Source: a virus
Virus record (IMG/VR): IMGVR_UViG_3300042090_002148
Length of the DNA stretch: 64,000 nucleotides
Reading direction: 5' to 3' (one strand)
The notes under the pieces are model-generated. The model was not told the DNA's origin and ran no database searches. It saw only the letters and a program-made list of their open reading frames with translations. Positions 1 to 9,411 of this stretch are shown piece after piece (position 1 is the stretch's first letter; each line of letters begins with the position of its first letter). The position numbers and the translations under genes are program-made.

Positions 1-298
1 GCGTGGAGAACATTCGGTTCACCGTGCGCGGGTCGTTCTGGTGCATCTCGTGGAGGTCCTCGTTCTCCGCGAGCATGTTCCTGAAGTCGCGTGCCTTGGT
101 GGCTGCGTCGTAGATGGCGTGTCCCGCCATGCCGACCGCTGCGACGGCGCCGGCACCGAGAGCTGCTGCCCCAGCACCGACGATGCTTCCGGCGAGGTTC
201 TTCGGAGCCATCACCGCCTTGGCCGCCTGGCCGAAGGCCTGTCCGTACCCAGCGGCCTTCTTCTCGAGGTACTCCGTCAGCGGGTTCTCACTGGCCAT
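1..298 (-). CDS. Putative virion protein, 3' end runs off the window (MASENPLTEYLEKKAAG...RNMLAENEDLHEMHQNDPRTVNRMFST)
   Basis: Translated by hand; ATG at 298 overlaps the stop of the upstream gene; Gly/Ala-rich; EKKAA motif like neighbouring head-block proteins; not in the ORF track. Confidence 0.7.
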   Translation of the reverse strand, partial: MASENPLTEYLEKKAAGYGQAFGQAAKAVMAPKNLAGSIVGAGAAALGAGAVAAVGMAGHAIYDAATKARDFRNMLAENEDLHEMHQNDPRTVNRMFST

Positions 299-1508
299 TC
301 TGGATTCTCCACTCGTGTTCTTGCTGCGCCTGAGTGCCGGGGACCTGCTGAGCGACGGTGCGGACCGTGGCGCGTGCCGCACGCGCCGGAAGGCTGGGGC
401 TGTTCTGGTAGTGGGTGTACGCCTCGTTGGCTGCCATGCCGGCCGCCAGATGCGGCGCGTACTTCGTGGCGGCTCCTGCGAGAGTGCCGGCGAGCGGGTG
501 GATGTGCTTGGAGACCGCCTTGTCCACGGCGCCACCCGCTTCCGCTGCAGCGCCCGTGATGCCCTTGATGACCTTGCCCGCGGTGGAGTCGGCCTGCTTG
601 AGGATGCCGGTGAGGCCGTTGTGGTTCGCGACCACATCCTTCCGAACCTCGCGCGCCTCGGCGAGCTTGCCGAGGATGCCGCAGAAGTCCGCGAAGTCGA
701 CGACGAGCTCGTGCTCGGCGTTCACCAGGCTGCCCTGGCTAGCCACCTTGTCGAGAGAGGAGAGCATCTCTTCTCCGCCGTGGAACACCCCCTCACGCAG
801 GAGGCGCGGCGTCATGAGCTCGAAGGCGACCTTGATGTGCTCCTCCGTCGGAGCCACGGTCTCCCAGGCCTGCATGATCTGTCCGAGCGAGACGTTGCTG
901 AGCGCCGCCTGCTTCACGTGGTGGTAGACCTGGTCGCCGCACTCGGCGTACGCGATCTCGAGGCCGCTGATCTCGGTGAGGAGATGGTCCGCTGCGCCAG
1001 CGAGCTTGTCACGCAGGTCGATGATGGGACCGTACGGGTTGGCGAAGGGCTCCTCTACTGAGGCCTCCTTGACGCCGAACGCCTCACGCAGGAGCGCATC
1101 GTCATCCTCCGCCGAGGCCGTCTTCGTGTGACCCCCGTGAGAGGGGGGCGAACTGTAGTCGAGCGTGCCGCGGTCGAAAACAGAACCACCGCCTCCATCA
1201 TTCAGGTCTTTCAGGATGTCGCTTATGTTCGCGGGGCCGCCCTCGAACTCGATGACCCGGTGAGCCGAGCCCTCCTTCTTGAACTCGGTCAGGAAGGCCG
1301 ATGTGTTGGCGAACTCCACCACCCGCTTCACCTGCTCGGGGGAGAGCTGCGCCTGCTTCACGATCGAGGTCACCGCCTCGGTGAGCGTTGGGTAGACCGC
1401 CTTCTCCCAGTCTGCCGCGGCCTTCTTCCCCATCAGCTCGAGGTGTTCGCCGGAGACGGGGTGGGCGTGCGTCTGCTGGAGACGGGCTTGTGTCGGCATC
1501 TCGCTCAT
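288..1508 (-). CDS. Putative virion/head-associated protein, 406 aa
   Basis: Protein-like composition (LSPEQVKRVVEFANTSAFL); repeated KQA/KTAS/KEAS/KVAS motifs; lies in the morphogenesis block; function not recognised. Confidence 0.75.
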   Translation of the reverse strand: MSEMPTQARLQQTHAHPVSGEHLELMGKKAAADWEKAVYPTLTEAVTSIVKQAQLSPEQVKRVVEFANTSAFLTEFKKEGSAHRVIEFEGGPANISDILKDLNDGGGGSVFDRGTLDYSSPPSHGGHTKTASAEDDDALLREAFGVKEASVEEPFANPYGPIIDLRDKLAGAADHLLTEISGLEIAYAECGDQVYHHVKQAALSNVSLGQIMQAWETVAPTEEHIKVAFELMTPRLLREGVFHGGEEMLSSLDKVASQGSLVNAEHELVVDFADFCGILGKLAEAREVRKDVVANHNGLTGILKQADSTAGKVIKGITGAAAEAGGAVDKAVSKHIHPLAGTLAGAATKYAPHLAAGMAANEAYTHYQNSPSLPARAARATVRTVAQQVPGTQAQQEHEWRIQNGQ

Positions 1509-1515
1509 GCTTCAG

Positions 1516-1545
1516 AGTGTACTGCACCATCTCGCCGATTCACAA
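1516..1545 (-). promoter_or_regulatory. Sigma70-like promoter TTGTGA-18-TACACT, 7 nt upstream of ATG 1508 (leaderless spacing)
   Basis: Read directly from the minus strand: -35 at 1545-1540, -10 at 1521-1516. Confidence 0.55.
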
Positions 1546-1556
1546 CCCGAGGAGTC

Positions 1557-2282
1557 ATGCCGAAACCCGAACCAAGTGAGTACGTGACCAGGGACGAGGC
1601 AGCCGAGCTCCTGGGAGTAGGAGCCGACACCATCACGCGGTGGACGAAGACGGGCCGACTTGTGTCGGCTTCGCTCGAAAAGAGCGGGCCCAAGGGAGGA
1701 CGGCCTCGCGTTCTGTACAAGCGGGTGCACATCATGGAGATGGCGACACTTCTCGCCAACGAGCCCGACATGGCGCAGACGCACGCGCTCGGTCTGAGGA
1801 ACGCCGCGTCTGTCTCCACCCTCGAGCGGCGGGTCGACGAGATCTACGACGCCATGGGCCTGGGCGTCGCCTCCCTGCCGACGGACGAGAGCTCTGTCCG
1901 CGCGCTGCTCCAAGAGACCAACTACTCCCCGGACCGACAGCAGCTACGGGCAATCACGTGGGTACGTCTGTGGGGCTCCCGCTTCTTCGGCATGAACACC
2001 TTCTACTTCGAGCTCGCAGAACGAGTGCGACCGGATGCCTGGCAGTGCTACGCCGGCTTTGGGGACCTCATCGAGTACCGCGCTCACGACCTACTCGAAG
2101 AGGTCATCCAGCGCGATCCGGAGCTTGTACGCGCGTACAAGTACCTCGCCGCGGCGAAGCGGCACCTCCACTACCAGAGCTTCATGTACTGCGTGCAGCA
2201 CCACGGCCTGAAGGCGACTGTCGCTCAGCTGGGTCGCCCACCGAACGCCATCGCAGAAGTCTCTGCGCTGCTGATGAACTAG
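1557..2282 (+). CDS. HTH DNA-binding protein (excisionase/MerR-like N-terminus), ~241 aa
   Basis: YVTRDEAAELLGVGADTITRWTKTGRL is a classic excisionase-type HTH; GGAG SD precedes ATG 1557; track ORF 1128..2282 has a spurious N-extension. Confidence 0.75.
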   Translation: MPKPEPSEYVTRDEAAELLGVGADTITRWTKTGRLVSASLEKSGPKGGRPRVLYKRVHIMEMATLLANEPDMAQTHALGLRNAASVSTLERRVDEIYDAMGLGVASLPTDESSVRALLQETNYSPDRQQLRAITWVRLWGSRFFGMNTFYFELAERVRPDAWQCYAGFGDLIEYRAHDLLEEVIQRDPELVRAYKYLAAAKRHLHYQSFMYCVQHHGLKATVAQLGRPPNAIAEVSALLMN

Positions 2283-4138
2283 CCCTGGTTCGTCGGTCCG
2301 CTCCAGGTGGAGCGAAGAGGACCCACACCTGGGAGCTCGCGGTTCGGCGCGATGATGTCGGGGCGCGGAAACTTGAGCATCGAGGCGAGGAAGCAGTAGA
2401 GCACTGCGTGCATCGTGTCGTCGGGTCGATCAGGGCGGTGATCGTACTGGAGCATCCGAAGCGTGTTGTTGTACTTCGCGAAGATGTTCAGGAAGTCCGT
2501 GCCGTGCGGGTCCTCGAACTCGTCCCAGTTCGGGAACTCGATCTGCTTGCGCTTCACCGCGTTGAAGAGATCGCTCATCACCTCCGTGCGGACCGCCATG
2601 TAGCGACGGAAGCCGGGGTGGAAGTAGAGCTTCTTCTTGCCGCGGGGGAGGTACTGGTACTTCCAGATGCGCTTCGGTCCGAAGAGGCGCGTCAGGTAGT
2701 CGTTCGGGTGGAAGCCTCCGCCGTAGTCGACGCCCACCAGGAGGACGTTGAAGTACTGCAGCATCTGCGAGATCTTCGCGAGCTGCGGCTCGGGATTCAC
2801 ATCCTCTCCGGTGAAGCGGTGCGCGTAGAAGATGCGGAACCTGTTGCCGATGTACGTGCCCAGGACGAGCACCGTGTACGTGTTCTCTCCTGTGCCCCAG
2901 TCGATGCCTGCGAAGACCGGCTGCCCCGCGCTGAGCGCCTTGTACTTCGCCAGGCTGTGCGAGAGCATCGAGCCGCCCGTGCAGCACTCAACAAGCTGCT
3001 GACGAGTGAGGGGACGCAGGCCGGAGTCGTACGAGATGCCGAGCACCTCGTTGTGGAACCGCGCGCGGTCGTAGCGCGTGTAGTCCAGCATGATCTCTTG
3101 CCAGGACCGCCACGGCACCATCAGCTGGGGGATGCGGTAGCTCTCGAAGATGCCCTTCGACTGGAGCATCGCCCACTGCGCATCGGGGTGCGCGGGGTCG
3201 ATGAGCTTGTGGCACTTCTCGCAGGAGAGACCCTTCTTCTGGATGTTCGCCTCACCGAGGATGTTCCAGTAACGGCCGGTCTCTCCGCCATGGTGATCAC
3301 AGGGGACGACCCACTCCCCCATCGTCGACATCGGGGTGCCGTCCTTCGACGTCCCGCTGCGGTAGTACTCGATGGAGTTGTCCAGGCCCTTGGGTGTGCC
3401 GGCGTAGATGAAGCTCTTCCACTTGTCGTCGGCGTGGCTGACGGCCTGCTCGATGACAGGGATGTTGTCCGAGAGGATGTCCTGGATCTCGTCGATGCAG
3501 AGACGCCAGGCTGAGATACCTCGGATGCGGTCGGCGTTGAGGAAGGCGTAGCGCAGTGTGATCTTCGAGCGGTTCACGAACTGCTTCTCGAAGACGTTCT
3601 GCTGGAGGAGCGTTGTGGTGAAGCCCTTCAGGACGTCGCTGGTCTCGAGGGGCTCCTTCAGACGGTCGACCGAGAAGGTCTTGGTCTGCGTCGCCGATGG
3701 AGAGACGTATAGCGTGCGGTACCCAGGGACCATGCAAGAGTACGCCACAGCCAGGTTCCCGAGCGCCGTCGACTTCTCGACCTGACGTCCGCACATCAGG
3801 TGGATGCGCTTCGCTGGCGTGTCGTAGATGCGCTTCATGTGCCGGCGGCCGTTGAAGCTGAACGGCACGTGTGTAGGGTCGGTCTCCTTCTGGATGTTCG
3901 TGTTTGGCATCCGGAACGCGAACTCGGTGAACTCCGAGGGTGTGACGCTCAGCATCCCCGTAGCCTGCACGCCGGACGTGTCTCCGAAGAGGTCGTAGTC
4001 ACCGCACGGGTCATCACCAGGAGCCCAGCCCGACGCGAGGATCTCGTCGATCAGCTCTTGCTCTCGCAGCTCTTCTTCAGCATCCTCGTCGGTGTAGGGG
4101 ATGTCCTCCGAGACCTCTGTTTCAACAGCCATCGTCAT
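2279..4138 (-). CDS. terL: Terminase large subunit (lambda GpA-like)
   Basis: CGRQVEKST P-loop region, CIDEIQD Walker B, AGTPK coupling motif, GIDWG and DDTMHA nuclease motifs; start re-placed at ATG 4138. Confidence 0.9.
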   Translation of the reverse strand: MTMAVETEVSEDIPYTDEDAEEELREQELIDEILASGWAPGDDPCGDYDLFGDTSGVQATGMLSVTPSEFTEFAFRMPNTNIQKETDPTHVPFSFNGRRHMKRIYDTPAKRIHLMCGRQVEKSTALGNLAVAYSCMVPGYRTLYVSPSATQTKTFSVDRLKEPLETSDVLKGFTTTLLQQNVFEKQFVNRSKITLRYAFLNADRIRGISAWRLCIDEIQDILSDNIPVIEQAVSHADDKWKSFIYAGTPKGLDNSIEYYRSGTSKDGTPMSTMGEWVVPCDHHGGETGRYWNILGEANIQKKGLSCEKCHKLIDPAHPDAQWAMLQSKGIFESYRIPQLMVPWRSWQEIMLDYTRYDRARFHNEVLGISYDSGLRPLTRQQLVECCTGGSMLSHSLAKYKALSAGQPVFAGIDWGTGENTYTVLVLGTYIGNRFRIFYAHRFTGEDVNPEPQLAKISQMLQYFNVLLVGVDYGGGFHPNDYLTRLFGPKRIWKYQYLPRGKKKLYFHPGFRRYMAVRTEVMSDLFNAVKRKQIEFPNWDEFEDPHGTDFLNIFAKYNNTLRMLQYDHRPDRPDDTMHAVLYCFLASMLKFPRPDIIAPNRELPGVGPLRSTWSGPTNQG

Positions 4139-4457
4139 GTTTCCACCGAAGCCTACCCACAACCCTCAAGAGCTGCTGAACAATCTCTGGATGAGCGTTC
4201 AACGCGCCGGCCCGGTCTTCACCGGAGACGCGAACATCATCCCCAAGGGAGACAAGCAGAGCTGCTCCATCTGCCTTGCGCCAGGCACCTTGATGCACGA
4301 GGTGAAGCACGCGCTACGGCGGTACATCAAGGCCTACGCCAAGGACAGCGGCTGGTACTTGAGCGACATCCGCTTCGAGAAGAGCTACCTCGCGTTCTCC
4401 ATCGAGCTCTCGAGCGCAGCATCGAGCTTGTCGCAGAAGCCCAGCGCGAAGCGCTGA
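4137..4457 (+). CDS. Hypothetical protein, ~106 aa
   Basis: Protein-like composition; divergent from terL, sharing the CATG at 4136-4139; 3' end overlaps the convergent gene by 73 nt. Confidence 0.5.
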   Translation: MFPPKPTHNPQELLNNLWMSVQRAGPVFTGDANIIPKGDKQSCSICLAPGTLMHEVKHALRRYIKAYAKDSGWYLSDIRFEKSYLAFSIELSSAASSLSQKPSAKR

Positions 4458-4855
4458 GGATCCAGCTTCATCCCCGCTCCCTTTGCGCGCAGCCACCACG
4501 AGGCCTTCTCCTCGGTGTACGCCGCGACCAGACGACGCTCATCGGCGTCGAAGTACTCGCGCGCGACCTTCTCCATCACCTGCGGGAAGAGCTCGAGCCA
4601 GTACTTGTGTGGAGTGATCCCTAGCGTGAACGTTCCCGCCGAGGTCACCCAATGCGGCAGCGCATTGGCTTCCTTGGTCACGTAGAAGTGGTAGACCGCG
4701 TCACCTTCCGTGACGGCCACCTCCGCAGAGAAGGTCGTGAGGTCCTCAACCCTCGTGAAGTGGAGGGGTAGCAGGGGGAGTACCCCCTTCTGCTCCTCCG
4801 AGACCGTCCTCGTCACCTGGGTCGGGGTCAACTTCGTCGCGGTCATCTTTCCCAT
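4385..4855 (-). CDS. Hypothetical protein, 156 aa
   Basis: Globular composition and phage-like codon usage; no recognised motif. Confidence 0.6.
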   Translation of the reverse strand: MGKMTATKLTPTQVTRTVSEEQKGVLPLLPLHFTRVEDLTTFSAEVAVTEGDAVYHFYVTKEANALPHWVTSAGTFTLGITPHKYWLELFPQVMEKVAREYFDADERRLVAAYTEEKASWWLRAKGAGMKLDPQRFALGFCDKLDAALESSMENAR

Positions 4856-5783
4856 CGGACATTCCCTTCATCGGTACAAGCTCGGCTGTATGGTTTCCAT
4901 GCCCACCCGAGAGCTGACTGAGCGTGGGAACGGGGGCTGGGTCTGTTCGGAGAGCGATGGTCTCCAGGCCCTTGAGGCCGTCGTTCGGACGACCCAACGT
5001 CTGCTGGATGTTCGTGAGCGTCTGAGCTGCGCCCAGCCAGTTCGCGTACTCCTCGGATGCCCGTGGGCCGCCGATCATCAGCGCCTGCGCGGCTGCGTGG
5101 AAAGTGCGCCCCACCAGGTCCTCGATGCTCTCCATGATGTTCCCGACGGGAGGCAGGAAGCCAAGGGCCTGCTGCACCGCGTACGCAGAGAACATCGAGT
5201 TCGGCATCGAGACGGCGAAGTAGCGCGGGTCCTTGTAGTAGGCGCGGCGCAAGATCTCGGCGCGACCTTTGAACTCCGGGATGGACTCCTCCATGATCTT
5301 GTAGCGAATCTCCAGGAGGATGCGGAGCTTCGGTACGTCGAGCGCGGTGGTGTCCCAGAAGTAGTGCTTGTACAGCCCGACAGCGTCTGGCGTCGCGAAG
5401 ATCTGGTACGCGCGCATCAACGCCGCAGAGATCGTCAGGAAGGTCTGCCCGCACATGAGCATCGCCTCTACCTGCAGCTTGGCGCGCGCGTGCTCGAGGA
5501 TGGAACGCGACAACCGCATCGTCTGGTCCGGGATGTAGAACCGGTTGATGCCGTTCTCGCAGATGTACATGAACGACGGCTGGTGACTCTGGTCCGTCGG
5601 GTAGAAGATCCGCGGCCTGGGCGGCATCTTCTTTCGGAGGCTGTCGATGTACTTGACCGAGATGAAGTCGAGCCCGTCGTCGATGAGGCGCTCCTTGATG
5701 TCGGCCGAGGAGTACTCGTCGGGATGAACTACCAGTGCGCGAATGTACCGCTCAGCGGGACTGGTCAGGCGCAGTGATGCCAC
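4746..5783 (-). CDS. Hypothetical protein, 345 aa (possible terminase small subunit by position)
   Basis: Helical N-terminus, acidic disordered C-tail, upstream of terL on the same strand; function is inference only. Confidence 0.6.
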   Translation of the reverse strand: MASLRLTSPAERYIRALVVHPDEYSSADIKERLIDDGLDFISVKYIDSLRKKMPPRPRIFYPTDQSHQPSFMYICENGINRFYIPDQTMRLSRSILEHARAKLQVEAMLMCGQTFLTISAALMRAYQIFATPDAVGLYKHYFWDTTALDVPKLRILLEIRYKIMEESIPEFKGRAEILRRAYYKDPRYFAVSMPNSMFSAYAVQQALGFLPPVGNIMESIEDLVGRTFHAAAQALMIGGPRASEEYANWLGAAQTLTNIQQTLGRPNDGLKGLETIALRTDPAPVPTLSQLSGGHGNHTAELVPMKGMSDGKDDRDEVDPDPGDEDGLGGAEGGTPPATPPLHEG

Positions 5784-5804
5784 AACTCCAGCAGTACAAC
5801 TCGC

Positions 5805-8162
5805 TCAACCGGCTGTAAAGGCCAACTGCTGAAGGCCCTCGATCACCTGCTCCACGGTACGCATGGCCTTCTCGAGCGCGGGGATGGGGATGTTCCGCAG
5901 GCCGAGGCGCGCCGCCAAGAGGAGCTCACAGATCTTCTCCTGCGCCTCGTCGATCTTCGGGAGGTACGAGATGAAGACGCCGAGATTCTCTGCGTTGAGG
6001 AAGCCGAGTGAAAGAACCGCGTCGACCGCCGTCGGGTCCGGGATGACGGCGGCCTCCTTCACGAGGTCATGCTTCAGGCTGTTCGCCACCGCGGTGGCAG
6101 GTCCGATCTCCGTGGCCATATTCACCGCGGCCATCTTTGCCTGGAGCGCGCGCGGCTGGATGTAGTGCGCCACGCGCACCTCGACGGGCATGTTGTGGTA
6201 CTCCGCCTCGCCCATCTTCTTCTGCGCGTAGTTCATGTCCACGCCGAGGCCCGCGAGCAGGAAGAGCGTGTCGTCGATGCTCATAAAGGAGCGCTCGTCA
6301 GACGCGAGCTTGTCCACGGGGAAGCCGCTGACAGAGAAGGCCCCACCGCCACCGCGAAGAGTGACGGTCGCGAGAGTACGCTGCGCCTGGGCCTCCTTGC
6401 CGAAGCCCTCGGGCTTCTCGACCAGCGTGGTGTCCTCCGCCTTGTTGAGCGGGAGCCAGGAGAACGTGTCGGGGATGAGCAGGTGGTCACCGTCAGGAGA
6501 CGGCATGACCTTCTGGATGTTCGGCTGCACCGAGACCTGGACCTCGCGGCCGTCGTAGGTGACGCAGTGGAGCACAGCACCGCCGTTCTCCTGGTCGTTG
6601 ACCGAGCCCTTCACGGTCATCGGGATGGTGGCCTCCGCGCTTCCATTCGAGAGGCGGTGGTAGAAGCAGCCCGCGCCCTTCGGTGTGCCCTCGAAGATGC
6701 TGCCCGCCTGGCTGACCGGGATGCCGACGATGTCGCTCTGGACCGCGTACTGGCTGCCGTTGGTGAAGAGCGCGATGGGCAGTGAGGTGCCGTCGATGTC
6801 GATGAGGTTCGGGAAGACGTAGCCGACCAGGTGACGGCCCTTCTCGTCCTGCACCTTGTAGACGCCGAAGCGATCGACGTGCTCCGGCTTGTCCTCCTCG
6901 GGGCTCTCCGGTTCCTCCACCGGCTTGTCGACGACGTTCTTCGGCGCTGCCTCCCCCTCTGCGGGCGGCGGCGAATCCATGGCCATCGTCGCCGAGCCCG
7001 TCTCATCCGCCGCGAGGACGACCTTCCCGCCGAGCAACTTGTAGGCCGTGCCGCGATCGAGGAGCTCCTCTTTCGGTGCCCAGCTGGTGTGCGAGGCGGA
7101 CTTCATCAAGTACCCCTCGTCCACCTTCTGGAGCTGAACCACGCTCGGATGGAGAGCCGCCGCAGCCGCGGTCTTCGGGGTGTACTCCATGAGCGACTTC
7201 AGGGAGTCACCCGCCGAGTTCCCGTTGGCCACGAACTGTCGCTGCAGCCCGACGCTGCTGCCGAGCTTGGCGATGAACGCGTCGTAGTCCTTCTCACTGA
7301 TGGTTGGCAGGATGGACTCGAGAATCGAACCATGCTTGGTGTTCTCGAACCCCTCCGCCAGTCCCGTGGTGATGGCCAGGCGTTTCTTTGCCTGCTCTTC
7401 CTTACCCAAGGCAGAGAGATGAAGGCCCCTCTCCTGGTTCTTGAACCCGCGCTCGGCAACGTCCTCGCCGGCGCGCCGCAAGCGCTCCCGCGTGGTCGGA
7501 TGAGCCCCCCACGACGAATTCCCGCGCGGGCCTGCGTGTACCCAATCGTGTGCTGCCTCCCCTGTGCGTCGAGCAACCTCCTTCACCTTTTGGACGGAAA
7601 TGGCCTCCTTCTCGAGATACTCCTCGAGCGCAGAGCCCTCCTTCCCCATGCCCACGCTCATCGTGGCGCCGCCGCCACCGAAGCCGTAGTTCTGTCGGTA
7701 CGGCGGGTAGAGCTGGCCGATGAGGGACATGTCGCCAGGTCCGCGGCCCGTGATGTCGAACGCCTGAGGGCGGAAGATGGCCTGGCGGAGACGCATCTCG
7801 GTGAGGGGGAGGAGCTTGTTGTCCGCGGTCACCATCAGGTCGAGAGGCTGGAGCTTCTTGTCCTTGATGATGACAGGGACCTTCACCTTCTGAACACCCG
7901 CTGCTTGCAGACCAGCCGGATCTGCACCATGCTGGATCTCAGTCTGATTGGCGAGCTCGAGAGACCCGAATCCATAGCCGCGCTCTCCGTCGACCTTCTC
8001 CATCGTGACCATGGGAGCGAAGTCAGAGGCCGCAGGGAACTGCTTGTAGAGGGCCTGCATGACCTCCGTGGACCACTGGTTCGGATCGTCGCTTAGCGCC
8101 TCCTCCCCACCGGCAGTCTTCTCAAACTCCACGTCGGGCACCAAGAACAGGGGCTGAACCAT
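5805..8162 (-). CDS. Large putative virion/head protein, ~785 aa
   Basis: Start re-placed at MVQPLFLVPDVEFEKTAGG (the track extension is antisense to the HNH gene); multiple KxA motifs; conserved-looking C-terminus DPTAVDAVLSLGFLNAENL. Confidence 0.75.
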   Translation of the reverse strand: MVQPLFLVPDVEFEKTAGGEEALSDDPNQWSTEVMQALYKQFPAASDFAPMVTMEKVDGERGYGFGSLELANQTEIQHGADPAGLQAAGVQKVKVPVIIKDKKLQPLDLMVTADNKLLPLTEMRLRQAIFRPQAFDITGRGPGDMSLIGQLYPPYRQNYGFGGGGATMSVGMGKEGSALEEYLEKEAISVQKVKEVARRTGEAAHDWVHAGPRGNSSWGAHPTTRERLRRAGEDVAERGFKNQERGLHLSALGKEEQAKKRLAITTGLAEGFENTKHGSILESILPTISEKDYDAFIAKLGSSVGLQRQFVANGNSAGDSLKSLMEYTPKTAAAAALHPSVVQLQKVDEGYLMKSASHTSWAPKEELLDRGTAYKLLGGKVVLAADETGSATMAMDSPPPAEGEAAPKNVVDKPVEEPESPEEDKPEHVDRFGVYKVQDEKGRHLVGYVFPNLIDIDGTSLPIALFTNGSQYAVQSDIVGIPVSQAGSIFEGTPKGAGCFYHRLSNGSAEATIPMTVKGSVNDQENGGAVLHCVTYDGREVQVSVQPNIQKVMPSPDGDHLLIPDTFSWLPLNKAEDTTLVEKPEGFGKEAQAQRTLATVTLRGGGGAFSVSGFPVDKLASDERSFMSIDDTLFLLAGLGVDMNYAQKKMGEAEYHNMPVEVRVAHYIQPRALQAKMAAVNMATEIGPATAVANSLKHDLVKEAAVIPDPTAVDAVLSLGFLNAENLGVFISYLPKIDEAQEKICELLLAARLGLRNIPIPALEKAMRTVEQVIEGLQQLAFTAG

Positions 8163-8760
8163 GCCGACAAGCGTAGCAGAGACTTCGACCGCGCAGAACA
8201 ACGAGAAACGATGCACCAAGTGCGGGGGAACAGGACCCTTCAACAAGAAGCCAGGCGGGCGTGAGGGGCTGAACAGCCGGTGTGTGGGCTGCATGTCAGC
8301 CATGACCAAGGCATGGCGCAAAAACAATCCAGAGAAGAACAAAGCCAACAACTTGCGTGGCAACAAACGCAAGCTCGAACTACACCCCGAGAAGTACAAA
8401 GAACTGAACCGCAAATACTCCAAAGAGTGGGCGTGCAATCATCCGGAAGAACGACTACACGCAGCTGCTCGACAGCGCGCCAACCAGAACAACATCCCTT
8501 TCGACATCAAACGTAGCGACATTGTCATCCCCACACACTGTCCGTTGCTCGGCCTATCGCTGCAGAGAAGCGGATCAGGAAGGGTCGAATACAACTCTCC
8601 ATCTTTGGATCGCATCCACAACAACCGCGGTTACGTGAAGGGAAACATCTGGGTCATCTCCCACCGAGCCAACCGCCTCAAAAGCAACGCTACCCTAGAA
8701 GAGCTCGAGCTCCTCACGACCAACCTCCGCAAGGCGCTAAGCCGTCAGGAAGATGGCTGA
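8161..8760 (+). CDS. Free-standing HNH homing endonuclease
   Basis: CTKC/CVGC Zn knuckles; CPLLG...SPSLDRIHNNRGYVKGNIWVISHRANRLK HNH core; A/T-richer than flanks. Confidence 0.85.
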   Translation: MPTSVAETSTAQNNEKRCTKCGGTGPFNKKPGGREGLNSRCVGCMSAMTKAWRKNNPEKNKANNLRGNKRKLELHPEKYKELNRKYSKEWACNHPEERLHAAARQRANQNNIPFDIKRSDIVIPTHCPLLGLSLQRSGSGRVEYNSPSLDRIHNNRGYVKGNIWVISHRANRLKSNATLEELELLTTNLRKALSRQEDG

Positions 8761-9411
8761 CATCGCAGCCGCCGCTGTCGGGTCCTTCGTGATGAGCGTG
8801 ATGCCGGCCACTTCATCCGTAGGAAGAAGCGTCGTAGATCCGAAGGGTCCGCTACCTGTGATGCCGCCGGCGGCGATCATCCCGGAGAAGTCTGACCCCA
8901 CGTCCTGCAGCGTTTCGGTGCCCTGAGCTGGGAAGCCGAAGGCGAGCAGCATCACCGGTCCTGCGGATACCGCTGCGCTGATGGTGGCGATGAGGTCGAC
9001 GACGGGGAGCTTGATGGCGAGCGAGGCGCTGATGAGGGCCTGGATGCCCGCCACCTGTACGCCCAACAACGCGGTCAGCCCAAGGGACGCGGACAGCGAG
9101 GCACTGAGCTGCACCGAGACAGAAGGGAGGCCAAGCGAGAGTACGACGCTGATGCTCGCCTGGATCTGGATGATGGCCTGAAGCTGGGCCTCGAGTGCCG
9201 CTATGGGGTTCGAGATCGAGAGGCCGACGTTCAGCTGGAAGGAGAGCGATGCCTGGAGCTGAAGGTTCAGCGTCACGCCCAAGCTGCCGAGGCCAAAGCT
9301 GCCCGTGAGCATCAGGTCGAACTGCGAAAGCAGCGGCACGATAGCTGTGATGGAGCCGTCGAGCGCGACGTTGATGGCTCCGAGCGGGAGGGCGCCGATG
9401 ACTGTCAGCAT
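8737..9411 (-). CDS. Very hydrophobic Leu/Ser/Ala-rich protein, 224 aa, probably virion-associated
   Basis: Almost no charged residues over ~150 aa; lies downstream of the baseplate spike gene. Confidence 0.6.
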   Translation of the reverse strand: MLTVIGALPLGAINVALDGSITAIVPLLSQFDLMLTGSFGLGSLGVTLNLQLQASLSFQLNVGLSISNPIAALEAQLQAIIQIQASISVVLSLGLPSVSVQLSASLSASLGLTALLGVQVAGIQALISASLAIKLPVVDLIATISAAVSAGPVMLLAFGFPAQGTETLQDVGSDFSGMIAAGGITGSGPFGSTTLLPTDEVAGITLITKDPTAAAAMSAIFLTA

